DNA of 64,000 nucleotides, from positions 197,829 through 261,828 of the forward strand of contig NW_027192197.1 in NCBI RefSeq assembly GCF_041956535.1. The letters are read 5' to 3'. This document shows, piece after piece, positions 49,527 through 64,000 of the stretch. This stretch comes from Calcarisporiella thermophila CBS 279.70. Taxonomy: Eukaryota > Fungi > Calcarisporiellomycota. Position 1 is the first letter of the stretch. Every line of letters starts with the position of its first letter. Below the pieces are notes generated by a model. It was not told the origin of the DNA. It saw only the letters and a list, made by a program, of their open reading frames with translations, and ran no database searches. Made by a program: the position numbers and the translations under genes.

Positions 49527-50995
49527 ATGGCTGTCTATGATCCCTTACTTCGCCTCAACACAGACACCTCCATACACTCACAGAAAACAGCTCGTGAACG
49601 CCTGTCAAGTTTTATTAACGACAATCATCGTCTTTTCAATATTGAATGGGGAGAAGGTTTTCCCAATCATCTAGTACCCGTACTATTATCTCTTTATGAT
49701 ATGGGAGGTGAGGATTCAAATTTGTCACGTAGAAATATAAGTGAAGAGTAGAATTCATATATACATCTTTTTACCTAAACTATTTTATATTTAGCATCTC
49801 CTGAACGATTACAGAATGTATATAATAATATGTCATCCGATCTCTTAAGAACTCGGGCTCCTCAGATTGATATAAAGGATGAAAATTGGACAGATTTTTT
49901 TGGGCAAAAGAAGTAAATATATCATTCAAAAAAATTTTTTTGGCCCTATTAATCTAAGTTTTCATTGTAGATATTATCGTGAATATCTTGCATTCTTCGA
50001 TTCTTGCATTGACCGCATGGGCATTTTTCCTGCATTTCAGCACTACTTTCCAATTCTATTACCTGGATGTCTTGGTGCTGCAATGCATCCTCTTTGCCAT
50101 ATTGCTTATGGCCTTGAATTTAAAGATGCTTTAATCGTTGCCGAAGGGCTTGCTTATGCAAGCATTGCCTATTTCTCGTTTGGAGACATGATAGAGCACG
50201 GGGGCAATACCAAACGTGGACTATGTCGCGATGTTTTAGAAATGGTACGAGCTGATAAAAGATTCGATGGAACATTTGATGGCACATTCCAAGGGAAATG
50301 GAAAGTACTGTTACGAAGCAGGGAGAGCTTGTTGAAGATCTATTTGAATCACTATGGAGTCCAAGGTTGAAAATTTTTCTGCAATTTATATCGAGAGGCC
50401 CTAACATTATTATTTTGGTTTAGAAGAGGAATCCGCCGAAACCATCACAGCCATCCTTCACGACCTAACTAAAATGGCAACTTATTTATTGGCAGCTACT
50501 CTTCCGGGCCCCGACACACCTAGTAGTTCTCCACCTTTCACAATTACACAACCCAGCACTTTCTTTACCTCGGAAACAACAAAAACGACGCGTCATCTTG
50601 ACTTCTTCCTTGCCCATGCGTTTCTTGGGATCGAAGCCATTCACTCTGTATTACCGCATCTACAAGTACATGATCAAACACGGTTGCTTCGCGTATATTT
50701 TGTTGCTTTGTTAGCGACTTATATTGTACAAGGGCGGCCAGCTTTTCACCCTGAATTACTATTGGCGAATGCGAGCGAAAACTGTAGCACTCCGGGTAGA
50801 GATGATGATTGGACTAGAATAGTGAATGAAGCAATTGAGAGCGAGGATATACATGTTCCACTGTTAGTACGCGCGCTGCTTAAAGCTCGATTCAAATATC
50901 CTTCAGAGTCTGAAGTGTATTTACGTGGTGCATTGCGAATGCTGGAGTTTATTAAGACTGAACGTGATTGGGAAGTTGAAGGAATAGGCTGGTGA
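49527..50995 (+). CDS. AflY/HypA (questin oxidase, DUF4243)-family oxidoreductase
   Basis: GFPNHL, HPLCHIAYGLEF..IVAEGLA, LDFFLAH, DIHVPLLVRAL; four exons. Confidence 0.8.
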
Positions 50996-51424
50996 TATAG
51001 CCAGTGCTATTACTCTCCAAGGTTTATTTTATGGGACTTATCTGGATGGAGAGAGGGGTCCGGAAACTTTTCTCACCTCTATATGCTAGCTTACAATTTG
51101 TGTTATTTGTACTTGTTATTCTTTTGTTCGATATTCATTGAAAGCTTTTATTATTTTGTTCATACATGTCATATTTTTCACGCGATTCTTTTTTTTTTTT
51201 CAACTGTGGTATTGTGAGGCGAGAGTTGAGATAATCAATTATCTGTTTATATTAACTCTTATTTTATCTGAACTCTTATTTTTCATACTTCCCTTATGGT
51301 TTGCTATTGTATAATGAAAGCCTATGTTTTAAGTTAAACGGCTTATCCACTTAAATTTTACATGTGAAAATCTAGAAAATTTCTATCTTTACCCCACTGA
51401 TCTTTGACAATAATTTACATCACC

Positions 51425-52652
51425 ATGTCGTCATTAGCCCTTTTCACTGAGAGCGAAAAGAAAGCATTCGAAGAATTTCTCACTCAGCTAGTCGGCAATG
51501 ATGATTTTTCCCTCGAGCATCACCAACAACAGCAGACTAATTCCTTGAACGAGTCTGGTAAAATTACATCTCTATTGCTTTGCTTTTAAAATTTCTTAGA
51601 TCCACGATCATGACTAAACATCTCTGTCTGATCAAAGGTTCATCTCAGCAACACCAAGAGATCGATCTTTTTAATCTTGCTACTGCCGCCACTACTGATT
51701 CCGCTATCACCCGCCCATCTCCAACTGCATCTATTACAATCCCAACTCCCCGACACGATGAAGAATCGATCTTTCCGATCTCAAGTGGTAGTTTACCATC
51801 TTCTGCTGCCTCATTTAACTCTCTCAGCAGAAGCCTAGAGAATGGAGATTCTGTCACACCACACGGTTTATTGAGACGTCGTGGGACAATTGGAGGTACA
51901 AGCAGTGGTGGTAGAATACGAGGAGCGGTTAGAAGAGAGGATGGGGTGTCATCCTCTGCATCATCATCATCAGCTCCTTATTTTAAACCCTTACCAAAAT
52001 CAGCGACTATAAATGGAGAAACTATTGTGCCGAAGGGCAAGCCTGGGAGGCGCAAAGGAATGAAAAATAGTAATAGCGCAGAAACACCTGTCATACCGCC
52101 TACAGGACTCGAATCCAGTGTAAAAACATCAACCTCACGACGTGGAAAGAAGCCTCCACACGAGTTGTTGACTGAGGAGGAAAAAAAGGCGAACCACATT
52201 GCATCAGAGCAGAAAAGGCGACAAAATATTCGATTGGGCTATGAACAGTTGGTAACTATTGTACCAACACTTTCCCAATGCAACCGAAGCGAAGCTCTAA
52301 TATTGCAGCGGTGTGAGTAGAAATTAATCAATATGTTTAATTCTGGAATAAGTGTTTTACTTATGTTCATTTGATTTAGCTGTCGAGTATATAAAACACT
52401 TGCTATCGCAGAAACATGAGCTAAAGGATCGACTACGGGAATTGCATAATATCCTTGGAGAACCGTGAGTGCTTCTTTATTTATTCATCGTATAAGTATT
52501 TGTGTACTTTAGCTAACTTATATTATTTTTTGCTCATACACATAGAATGAATCCAGAAGATGAAAATGTAAATATTTATTCTACTCTAATTTTCTACAAC
52601 TTTTCATTAACCTTTTTTATTGCAACTTTAGTCATCGGATGAAGAACGGTGA
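51425..52652 (+). CDS. bHLH transcription factor (Ino4/Mlx-like)
   Basis: KANHIASEQKRRQNIRLGYEQL..SEALILQR|AVEYIKHL; five exons. Confidence 0.88.
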
Positions 52653-52905
52653 GCGCATAGAATATCCTATTCTCTTTTTTAAGAATATTTAGCTTTGTAA
52701 ATTTTCAAACGATCTTCTCTCTCAATTATCTGTCTCCTTTATTTTATTTCTAAGCCTTATTTATGTAATTGATTCCTTTTTTTAACAGTTATTAATACTA
52801 AGGAGTATTCCAACGACTCTAGCATATTTTAGATATAGTAAGATAAAAAATAGTATTTACATTCAACTTGAAACAAAAAGCTAAGGTATAATACTACAGA
52901 GCATA

Positions 52906-53328
52906 CTATCCACTGACCGCTTTGATTAATTTCGTCAGATTAGTGTCAAACAAATCTGATCTAATTGGCATTTCTGGGGTATGAAATGGATTCTTCATCA
53001 CAAAATCAGCGTAAATTTCATAGATGCGCCGCAATACACCTTCAGCATTCGCATGGTTTGGGTCGCTTACAAGCAAGAGTTTTGTTCCCGTGAGTGTCTG
53101 ATGGCAAATCATCTTGAACGTCTCTGCCTCGAGTACCTCCAATCCGGATGAACCAGCCACAGGTGAGATGCGCGAAGTTATTGCATGTACTCCATGAAGC
53201 GTACCAGCCAGAACTAGGTACTCGTTGCTTGTAAGTTTTGAAAGCCCTTCGTTAAAATCGCGTTGATAAACCAGGCCGCCTGCTTTATTAATGATATAAA
53301 GAGAGTAGATCATTTTTCCATAGAGCAT
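52906..53328 (-). CDS. TRS23: TRAPP complex subunit Trs23/TRAPPC4
   Basis: MIYSLYIINKAGGLVY, TSNEYLVLAGTLHG, YADFVMKNPF..MPIR; the true start may be the second ATG at 53313. Confidence 0.92.
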   Translation of the reverse strand: MLYGKMIYSLYIINKAGGLVYQRDFNEGLSKLTSNEYLVLAGTLHGVHAITSRISPVAGSSGLEVLEAETFKMICHQTLTGTKLLLVSDPNHANAEGVLRRIYEIYADFVMKNPFHTPEMPIRSDLFDTNLTKLIKAVSG

Positions 53329-53442
53329 AGAATTAGCTGCGTGTCGAGCAATTTAATATCTTGTGGCTTGGTGAGGACCCATTTTTATAGCTTATTGGAA
53401 ATTTGTTAGTAGCGAGTTTAGAAGTTTAGGATTAGGTGCGGT

Positions 53443-53995
53443 ATGGAAATTAGTACAACGGAAATTAAGGCCGATACAGAAGTAAATTCTTCATCAGTGG
53501 AAAGTTCAGATCACTCAGAGAGTGGTCAACGAATGTGTGAGCTTCATCAAGTTGAAAAGGTAAATGATTTACTTTAAATTGTTTCTTTAATAATACTGAT
53601 CTCAATTTAATAGAAACTAGTAGAAATGCTTCGCACAGCAGGTGGAGCTATTCAGCTCCTTTCCGATGAAGACATGGAAGACGACAAACGAAGAGAAGCA
53701 TTCAGTCACAATGCGACTAAATATATCCAAATTCTTGACGTACGCTACAATTAATCAACAATTATATCCCGATGAAATTAATTTCGAACTGATTTAATAG
53801 GAGGTACAATCTTCACTTCGTTCCCATGTAACACATCTTACAACACGTGGCGACTTTGCCCCCACGAATATGACGCTTCCTATGAATGCCGCAACCTATG
53901 GAGAGCGTGTGGAGCTTGAGGTGTGGGTCAAAGGGTTGAAGATATTAAGAGACGGGTTTCAAGAAGTTAGCGAGATAGCTGAGAAGACAAAGTGA
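53443..53995 (+). CDS. MED11: Mediator complex subunit 11 (three short exons; missed by ORF track)
   Basis: Spliced translation ..QRMCELHQVEK|KLVEMLRTAGGAIQLLS..YIQILD|EVQSSLRSHVTHL..TYGER resembles Med11; canonical GT-AG introns keep the frame. Confidence 0.75.
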
Positions 53996-54299
53996 TAGCA
54001 TAAATCTTTCTAAAATAAAACTGTATATATTGACTGTTTTGAATAAAATTGACTTTTGAGAACTACACATGCGTTCTATCCTCGAGGATTCCTATCTATA
54101 AATTTCTCACCTATAATATGGTCGGGGTATTGATTAATTCAATTTTAGTCCAGTAAATATTTAGGAATAACGCGTAGTGTGAGAGTTAATATTCTCACAT
54201 GTTACCCACTGGACTGTAAATCTGATTTATTTTCTCACTCTTCCGAATTCTTCTTATCTCTTTCACTGATCTGTCCAGGATAATACTTAGCTCAATAAG

Positions 54300-56040
54300 A
54301 TGTACGCCATTAGACGCTCCCAACAGCTTCTACGTCCCGCAAAGACCCTCCTGCCCAATCTCTCTGTGGCCACAAGGTATTATACTCTTATGTGCATTAA
54401 TAGTTTAGCTTCTATTGACAATTCATTTAACGGTCCAGGAATTTTACTCAGTCCGTAGCACGTGCAGAACATCATCAGGTTGCATCGCTCGATACCTTCA
54501 CAGAGGAAGAAGAGATGATGCGACAAGCTGGTAATTATTTAAACAGATATGCTCTTGCTTAATCATAATCTTTCTCACTCTGCATTTTTTTTTTATTTAT
54601 AGTTCGTCGATTTGCAGAGGAAGTAGTTAAGCCCAAGGTTACAGAGATGGATGAAAAAGAAAAGTTAGATAGCGGAGTGTTGAAAGGACTTTTTGAGCAA
54701 GGTGTAAGTTGAATGAAAATTCAATGAATAAATCAACTTTGTTAACGCTCTTTTGGATCTGATAGCTTATGGGTATTGAAGTGGAATCAGAATTTGGCGG
54801 GGCAAACAGTAGCTTCACGTCGGCGATTATCGTTATTGAAGGTAATAAATAATCTGTTTTTTTTTTAAAAAAAAAAAAGACCATTATACTAAGCTCAAAT
54901 TTTCAACTCTAGAGCTTGCGAAAATTGATCCTTCTGTGAGTGTTGTTTGCGATGTGCAAAATACTCTGGTCAATACCCTGTTCCGCAAATATGCAAACCA
55001 GGACATTAAAGAGAAATATTTGCCCCGTTTAGCCACTGATACGGTATAATATCCAATGTTTATAACTCTCCTTTTTACCCTACTAATCTTGGTAATAATT
55101 ATTGAAATAGGTTGGCTGCTTCTGTCTATCCGAGGTTGGTAGTGGAAGTGATGCCTTCTCGCTCAAAACACGGGCAGAAAAGCAAGGTGATTATTACGTA
55201 CTCAACGGCTCGAAGATGTGGATTACGAACTCGGGCGAGGCCGATATCTTCCTTGTTTTCGCGAATGTTGACCCCTCAAAAGGCTACAAGGGCATCACAT
55301 GTTTCGTCGTTGAAAAGGAAATGGGTGTAGAAGTTGGAAAGAAAGAATCAAAACTAGGAATTAGGGCATCCTCCACTTGCACTGTGAATTTTGATAATGT
55401 GAAGGTTCCTGCTTCTAATGTGCTCGGGGAGGTTGGTAAAGGTTACAAATACGCGATCGAGATTCTTAATGAAGGACGCATTGGCATTGCGGCGCAGATG
55501 CTTGGGTTAGCTCAAGGAGCATTTGATAATGCTTTACCTTACATGTTCCAACGCAAGCAATTCGGACAGCTTATTGGAAATTTCCAAGGTCTACAACATC
55601 AATATGCGCAGGGTAAAATTAAATAAAATTGTGGAGAAATTCAAATGCTTTAACCCTCATTACTTTTTATATAGTCGCTACTGAGATTAATGCGGCCCGC
55701 CTTTTGACATATAATGCCGCACGGTTGCGTGGCGAGGGTAAACCATTCGTGAAGGAGGCAGCCATGGCTAAACTCTATGCATCGCAGGTTGCAGAAAAGG
55801 CAAGCTCCCGCGCAGTGGAATGGCTTGGTGGTGTTGGATTCACTCGTGAATTCCCGGTTGAAAAATTGTATCGTGATTGTAAGATTGGGTAAGAAAGCAA
55901 AAAATTGATCCCATCTAATGTAGCTGGTCTCCAAGGTACATTGTTATTAATCATTTAAATGTAGGGCGATCTACGAGGGTACGAGCAACATCCAATTACA
56001 AACGATTGCCAAACTGGTCTCGAAAGAATACGAGGTATAG
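54300..56040 (+). CDS. Mitochondrial short/branched-chain acyl-CoA dehydrogenase (ACADSB-like)
   Basis: [54 protein letters not shown]; Arg-rich presequence. Confidence 0.92.
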
Positions 56041-56541
56041 ATTTCTAGGAGCTCTTGGAACATTAAAGATCACACATTTTTTTTACCATAATCAGGGCTG
56101 GTTTTTAATAAATCTGATGTCATATTATACACAATATCGATGATAAATTTTCATGGCTCTTAAAAAACAAAAAAAGGCATACTACTGTGACGCGTTTAAC
56201 TCTGGTGTTTTACTTCTTCTTTTCTTCCGCCTACTTTCATATACACATGTATTTTCGCTTTTAACTGCTAAATCAAAAAGATAGTCATTTCGCAACAGGT
56301 TATTGAGTACCATTGGTTGTAATCAGTCGTATTTTCCATAAGCTCCAAATTTCCAAGAATTGACAAACTTAATCGATTTTTATTGGCAGAAAAGTGCCTA
56401 CTCGATACCCAAGAGCCAAGACTTTTAACTATTTTCTAAATCGAATTGAAATATTTTTATTTAAACATATCTCTTTACATTCCTCTTCTTCCTAAAACCA
56501 TTCTTATTCGCATATTCTTCTGGCAGTTATTTAACACATAT

Positions 56542-58811
56542 ATGGCGACGCTCAAACGAAACTACACCCCAGGACGTCTTCCCGCGTTCCATTTACCTTC
56601 CTCTAACCTCGTCTGTCGCTGGCGGGGTTGCCAGCGTGTATTCGAGGATGCCGAAATCCTCTACCTGCATCTTTGCGACGAACACGTAGGCCGTAAGTCC
56701 ACCAACAACCTATGTTTACAATGCCAGTGGATTCTGCAAAATGGAGAGAGATGCAATGCTTCGGCTCAAAAACGTGACCACTTGACCTCCCATGTTCGAG
56801 TTCATGTACCGTTAAAACCGCACGACTGTGAGGTAAGCCTAAATTTACTGGGTGAATTGGAGTGCGTAGCTCGCCATGTATTAACAGAATGATATTTTCA
56901 TAAAATAGATATGTGGAAAAGCATTCAAAAGACCGCAGGATTTAAAAAAACACGAGAAAACTCACACCGAAGAGCACCAGCGGGAACTAAAGGCCAACCA
57001 AAAGCGTAAAGCAGAGCGCCGTGCTGCAGCTAAACGAGCTCAGTATGCTAAATCTGCTGTCAGCGACTCTACTAGCCCACCGTCACTTCCCTCACTGACT
57101 TCCCCTTCATCAGGAAATGATTCACTCTCACCTCATAGCGATAGTTGTGAATGTAAGGCTTTGAGAATTTTGTGTTGTCGCATTTATCAAACCATCCTAA
57201 TATTTTACATTTTCAGCTTTTTCTTTACAATCTGGACAAAAAGATGTTCAATCTGGCTTCTCATTTCAACCCGCACTTGATAATATATCCAATCTCCAGC
57301 TCTACGAGGATTTGTTTGGCTTTCCTCCATATGCTGGAACTAAGCGCTCCCACCAGCAGGTGGATTCCGAAACAAAAGCTGATATCCCTGAGTTTTTTTC
57401 TGAACTAGTGGATGATGTTCTGAACAACAAAAGACTGAAGTCTTCGATTACTGAAGGTAAGGGGGTTATTATTATATTTTTTTGAAATACAATCTGAAAT
57501 CTAGCTTTTTCTATCTTTATAGATATGCTGGAAAAGTTAAATACCGTTGAAGCCGACCTAGTATTTGATGAAGAGTCGCTCTCGAAACTCGTGAACAGCG
57601 ATGAAGAACTCTCTACAATTAACCAATGGATTAATGAAGTGACAAGAAGTATTTATGGCGGAAAATCTCTGGGGACACTTGCAGAAAGGAAACTGGAAGA
57701 GAATCTCGATCTAACGGGCGATATTCCTCTCTACCCAGATTTAGATGTGCACAGCTCTAGTTCTGCGCTAACACCTGAAAAATTCGACCTAACCGTTGCA
57801 CCATCAGAGTCCGCAGACGAGGCAAACTACAATCACCTATTGACACCCATTAACGACATTCTTTTACCTTCGTCGGAATTCTTGAACTTGGAGGTCGATG
57901 ATGTATGTTATCCTAATGCTTCACCGGTTACCACGGATATTTATAATGGTGATAACCTGCAACCACATTCACAATCAACTTCTACGCCTCATATTACTGC
58001 CAGCTTTTGGTCACCAAGCATGAATTCAGCTCAGCCAATTAGCAGGTCGAATAATGAAGATAAAGGGATGGAAATAACTGGATGGAGCGAAGAGCCCAAG
58101 TTAAATGAGAGCGGAAAGATTGATTTCTCGCAGTGGATGGAAGAAAGTGCATACAGTAGCCCTGGATTGAATGAGGATGAAAGCCCGAATGAAGAAGTGG
58201 AAATCTCAGTTGAACCAAGAAATAATAGTCCAGTGGAAGATCAAATGGAGAGCAAAAATGTGGATAGTCCGCAATATGCAGTCTTACCTCCACCTGAAGA
58301 GAGCACAGTTCGAAACCTGGCAACATCGATCAATGTATCTCGATCACCAATGGCCATGCTACTTTGCTATGATATACCCGAAGATCGCCACTCAGAGGCT
58401 AACATTGAAGATAGTGAAATCGATCAATTGGCACAAGATATATCCAAGCTCCAGGTCAACCTCCAAGAAGAAAAGGCAACAAATAATGACATAGTATGCG
58501 CAGCTAGAACGAAAGCCAAACATAAGTTTTACAATGAGAGAGAGAAGTTAAGTGTAGCGAGAGAGGAGGCGCAAGAGGAAGAAGAAGAGGAGGAGGGAGA
58601 GGAAGATGAAGAGGAAAAAGATGAATTGATAGAAGATATGAATGGGAATAGTTATGGGTATATAATTGCTGAAGAATTACCAGAATCGGATCAATTATCC
58701 TACCCGAAGATAGAGGAAGAAAATCATGCAGTTATTGTATTGCATCGTTTACGGTTGGCTATCAATCTTGCATATCATCGCAAGAAATCGAAAGTGCAGA
58801 TAGAGGACTAG
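56542..58811 (+). CDS. pacC: PacC/Rim101-like C2H2 zinc-finger transcription factor
   Basis: [47 protein letters not shown]; acidic C-terminus; four exons. Confidence 0.88.
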
Positions 58812-59598
58812 GCAAAATAATAAATATCGATGATTCTCTTCTCCCTCAAATCATTTTGAGCTTTGTCTGGTTCTTATTGTATTGTCTCGCTGATCTTATT
58901 TGTAGTATAAATTGTGTTATGGGTATGAAGTGTCGATATTGTTCTCAAATATTTTGACTGTATCTATTTAAACATTGTTTACGGCAAGCTCTCTGGTTTA
59001 ATAAATACTCAAATTCGAAAGTACACTAATATATTTTTACAAAATAAATAGGGTTTTAAATTTAAGTTGTATTATACTAATGAGATAGGATAGCTTATAC
59101 ATCGCTAGTTTGACTTTTTCACCACACTAATAGAGAAGATACATTAAGAGTCGCTACAAGGAATGTATTACCATATCCTAGATTGTGGTCACGTATTCTC
59201 CTCGACAATAATTAAGGTACAGAACGTGTAATATATAAACTCTTTACTCAAAATTTTAAAATGCTCCTAATTTGTCAAAAGGTAGTCCTGACTATAATGA
59301 AAATGCTCTAGTGGACTAGAGTAAATATGATCCCTATATACTTTTAATATATCCTCATTGCAGAAGAGGAAATCAGGATAAATGGGGCATTACTTGGGCG
59401 AATATCGGTAATTTGAATCAAATAAATATCCAACTCCTGGATATTGAAGGATAATATCCATATTTGTTGATGACGTTGCTATTATATAAAGAATAAAGAT
59501 AAGCACTCATTTCACTCTTTATTATTAAGTTTCTCCACTGTCAATAATATCTCTCCATTACATTGATCATCCGTATTCATTTTTGAGAGATATATCCA

Positions 59599-62263
<2,665 letters not shown>

Positions 62264-62928
62264 CTTAGAGTTAATGTGAGATAATGAATCTTGTTATAAT
62301 GATCTCTCGTCGTATTCTCTCGGTATTTCTTCTCTTCTATTCTTGTAGTTTCATTCTAGGTGAGTGAAAAGAAAAAAACACACCCACATAAACGATTCGA
62401 GAGAGGGGGAAAGGTTACGTTCTTGCATTTTAACCACCCTGATCTTTCTATTGTTTTTTTCACACTTCATCTAGAGTATTTTGAAAATCGTTTATATATT
62501 ATTCTTTTTTAGATGAGTAGTAGGATGCGAATTGAACTCTCCATTTCACATGACTGTTGTCCTTTTTCTTTACTTTTTGTTTATTCCTTCCCTTTTGTAA
62601 GGCATTTAGAAGAGTCAAGAAGAAAAAAAACTCGTTTTTAATACTTCGAAAGTAAGAAAAAAGAATATACTCGCTAGATTAGATTGTCGTAAACTAAGAA
62701 ACATAATATCAAAAAAGGAAACAAAAAGGAGAAAGCTAATAATATAAAGAAAAAGGAAAAAGAAGGCTAGCATGTTATTTACGTTAGAGAAAAGAGAGAA
62801 AGGACGGAGCAAAATAATAGAAGATAAATTTAGAAAATCCTGTTATTATAATAATATATATAAACACTAATAATCCATGAAAATAATACTTGAATTGAGA
62901 CAAACCACCCTGCCTCAGATGAATGCGA

Positions 62929-64000
62929 TCACCTGTGCTTGACGGAGAAGGTTTTGTTCAGCAAATGCAGTAGTTTATTCACATTGAGTTGGACATATTC
63001 AAGATCCAAGATTTGGACGTTATCTTGTTGCTGTATAGAAAGAAGCAGAGCTACTTAATAACCTGCTTAAGCGTTTGAATCCAAAAGCAAAATTACCTTT
63101 TCAAGTAAGTCATCCAATTTCAAATCCAATTCCAAGATAGGCCGCTCTCGGTTCTTATAGTGCAAAGAGATAACAAAGGCTCCAGGCTGAGGAGAGATGA
63201 AGGAGAAATAGACGTTGCTTTGCCTACAATGCAAAACAAGGCAAGATTACATAAAAAAATCAGTCAAAGTTAATGAGGGAAATAAAACCCCACCTATTCT
63301 CAGGTATTCCACTCTCCACAATAATGCCATCTTTCTCCAGTTGTTGATGAGCAAACTTAAAGGGTCCAACCAGCTGCGTTTTCTGCCGAACAGGCTTCTG
63401 CTTCTTTCCCACCGTGACCACACCGAGCCCGGCACTGTTTTTATCTCCTGATGCCTGTAGGCGTGCATTCTGCAAATAAGCCTTATAGGATTCGAGCTGG
63501 CTGCGAAGATACGTGTTGTGTTCGCAGATGGTCGTGTACACAGATTCAAGCGAGCGGAATTCTTCGTCCACTTTCTCACGCAAGCTGCCAAGATGCGTTA
63601 ACTCTTGTTGAATTTCCTCGACCAAGAGACGATATCCGTCATGGGCGTCGACAATCCCGAGCTCTTCCAGCTCCCGCAACATTTCCTTACCCTTAATACC
63701 TTTACGAACAAGCATAGGATCCTTGCAAGTCGCTGCCATTTCGGCAACAACCTGCAGATCTAGAGAGGTAGAGCGATTCTGCAGCTGCGGCATCGAGCGG
63801 ACCAACTGTACAAAGAGAGCCTTGGTTTCCATATAAAGAATATCATTTTGCGTGATATTGTTCTCAGACATTAAGGCGGTAGTCAGATCTAGAAGCGAAA
63901 AAAAAAAATACAAAATTCAGCTTCCTGCATCCTGTACGCAGAAACCAAGGATCCAAGGTATACCTTGGATGGGTGTCTCCCACCGACTAAACAGCGGTAG
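62929..64000 (-). CDS. Ras GTPase-activating protein, IQGAP-related Gap1/Sar1 type (3' part)
   Basis: YLRSQLESYKAYLQN, GPFKF.HQQLEKDGII, LDDLLE, LDLEYVQLNVNKLLHLLNKTF, typical of RasGAP_C and the C-terminus. Confidence 0.85.

Overview
This is eukaryotic, intron-containing genomic DNA. Gene content (PRL phosphatase, ABCD4-like transporter, Ssd1/Dis3L2-like protein, PacC) suggests an early-diverging, probably Mucoromycota-type fungus (inference). About 28 protein-coding genes were reconstructed by hand, including two the ORF track misses (33-aa OST4 and MED11). No rRNA, tRNA, CRISPR array or recognisable transposon was seen. Highlights: (1) an intact arginyl-tRNA-synthetase-like gene that keeps the DALR anticodon-binding domain but has lost the HIGH motif, placed head-to-head with (2) a predicted winged-helix (HARE-HTH-like) plus PR/SET-like protein; (3) up to six GC-AG introns among roughly 80; (4) a recurring promoter-proximal motif pair AAGCCAC / AAATGGGT; (5) three tandem subtilisin genes with different intron sets and a frameshift in the middle copy; (6) an Ssd1-like pseudonuclease; (7) a PRL phosphatase lacking its CAAX box; (8) a shift from GC-rich, intron-poor sequence to AT-rich, intron-dense sequence near 36-37 kb. 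Exon boundaries and domain calls come from motif recognition by eye, with no database searches.
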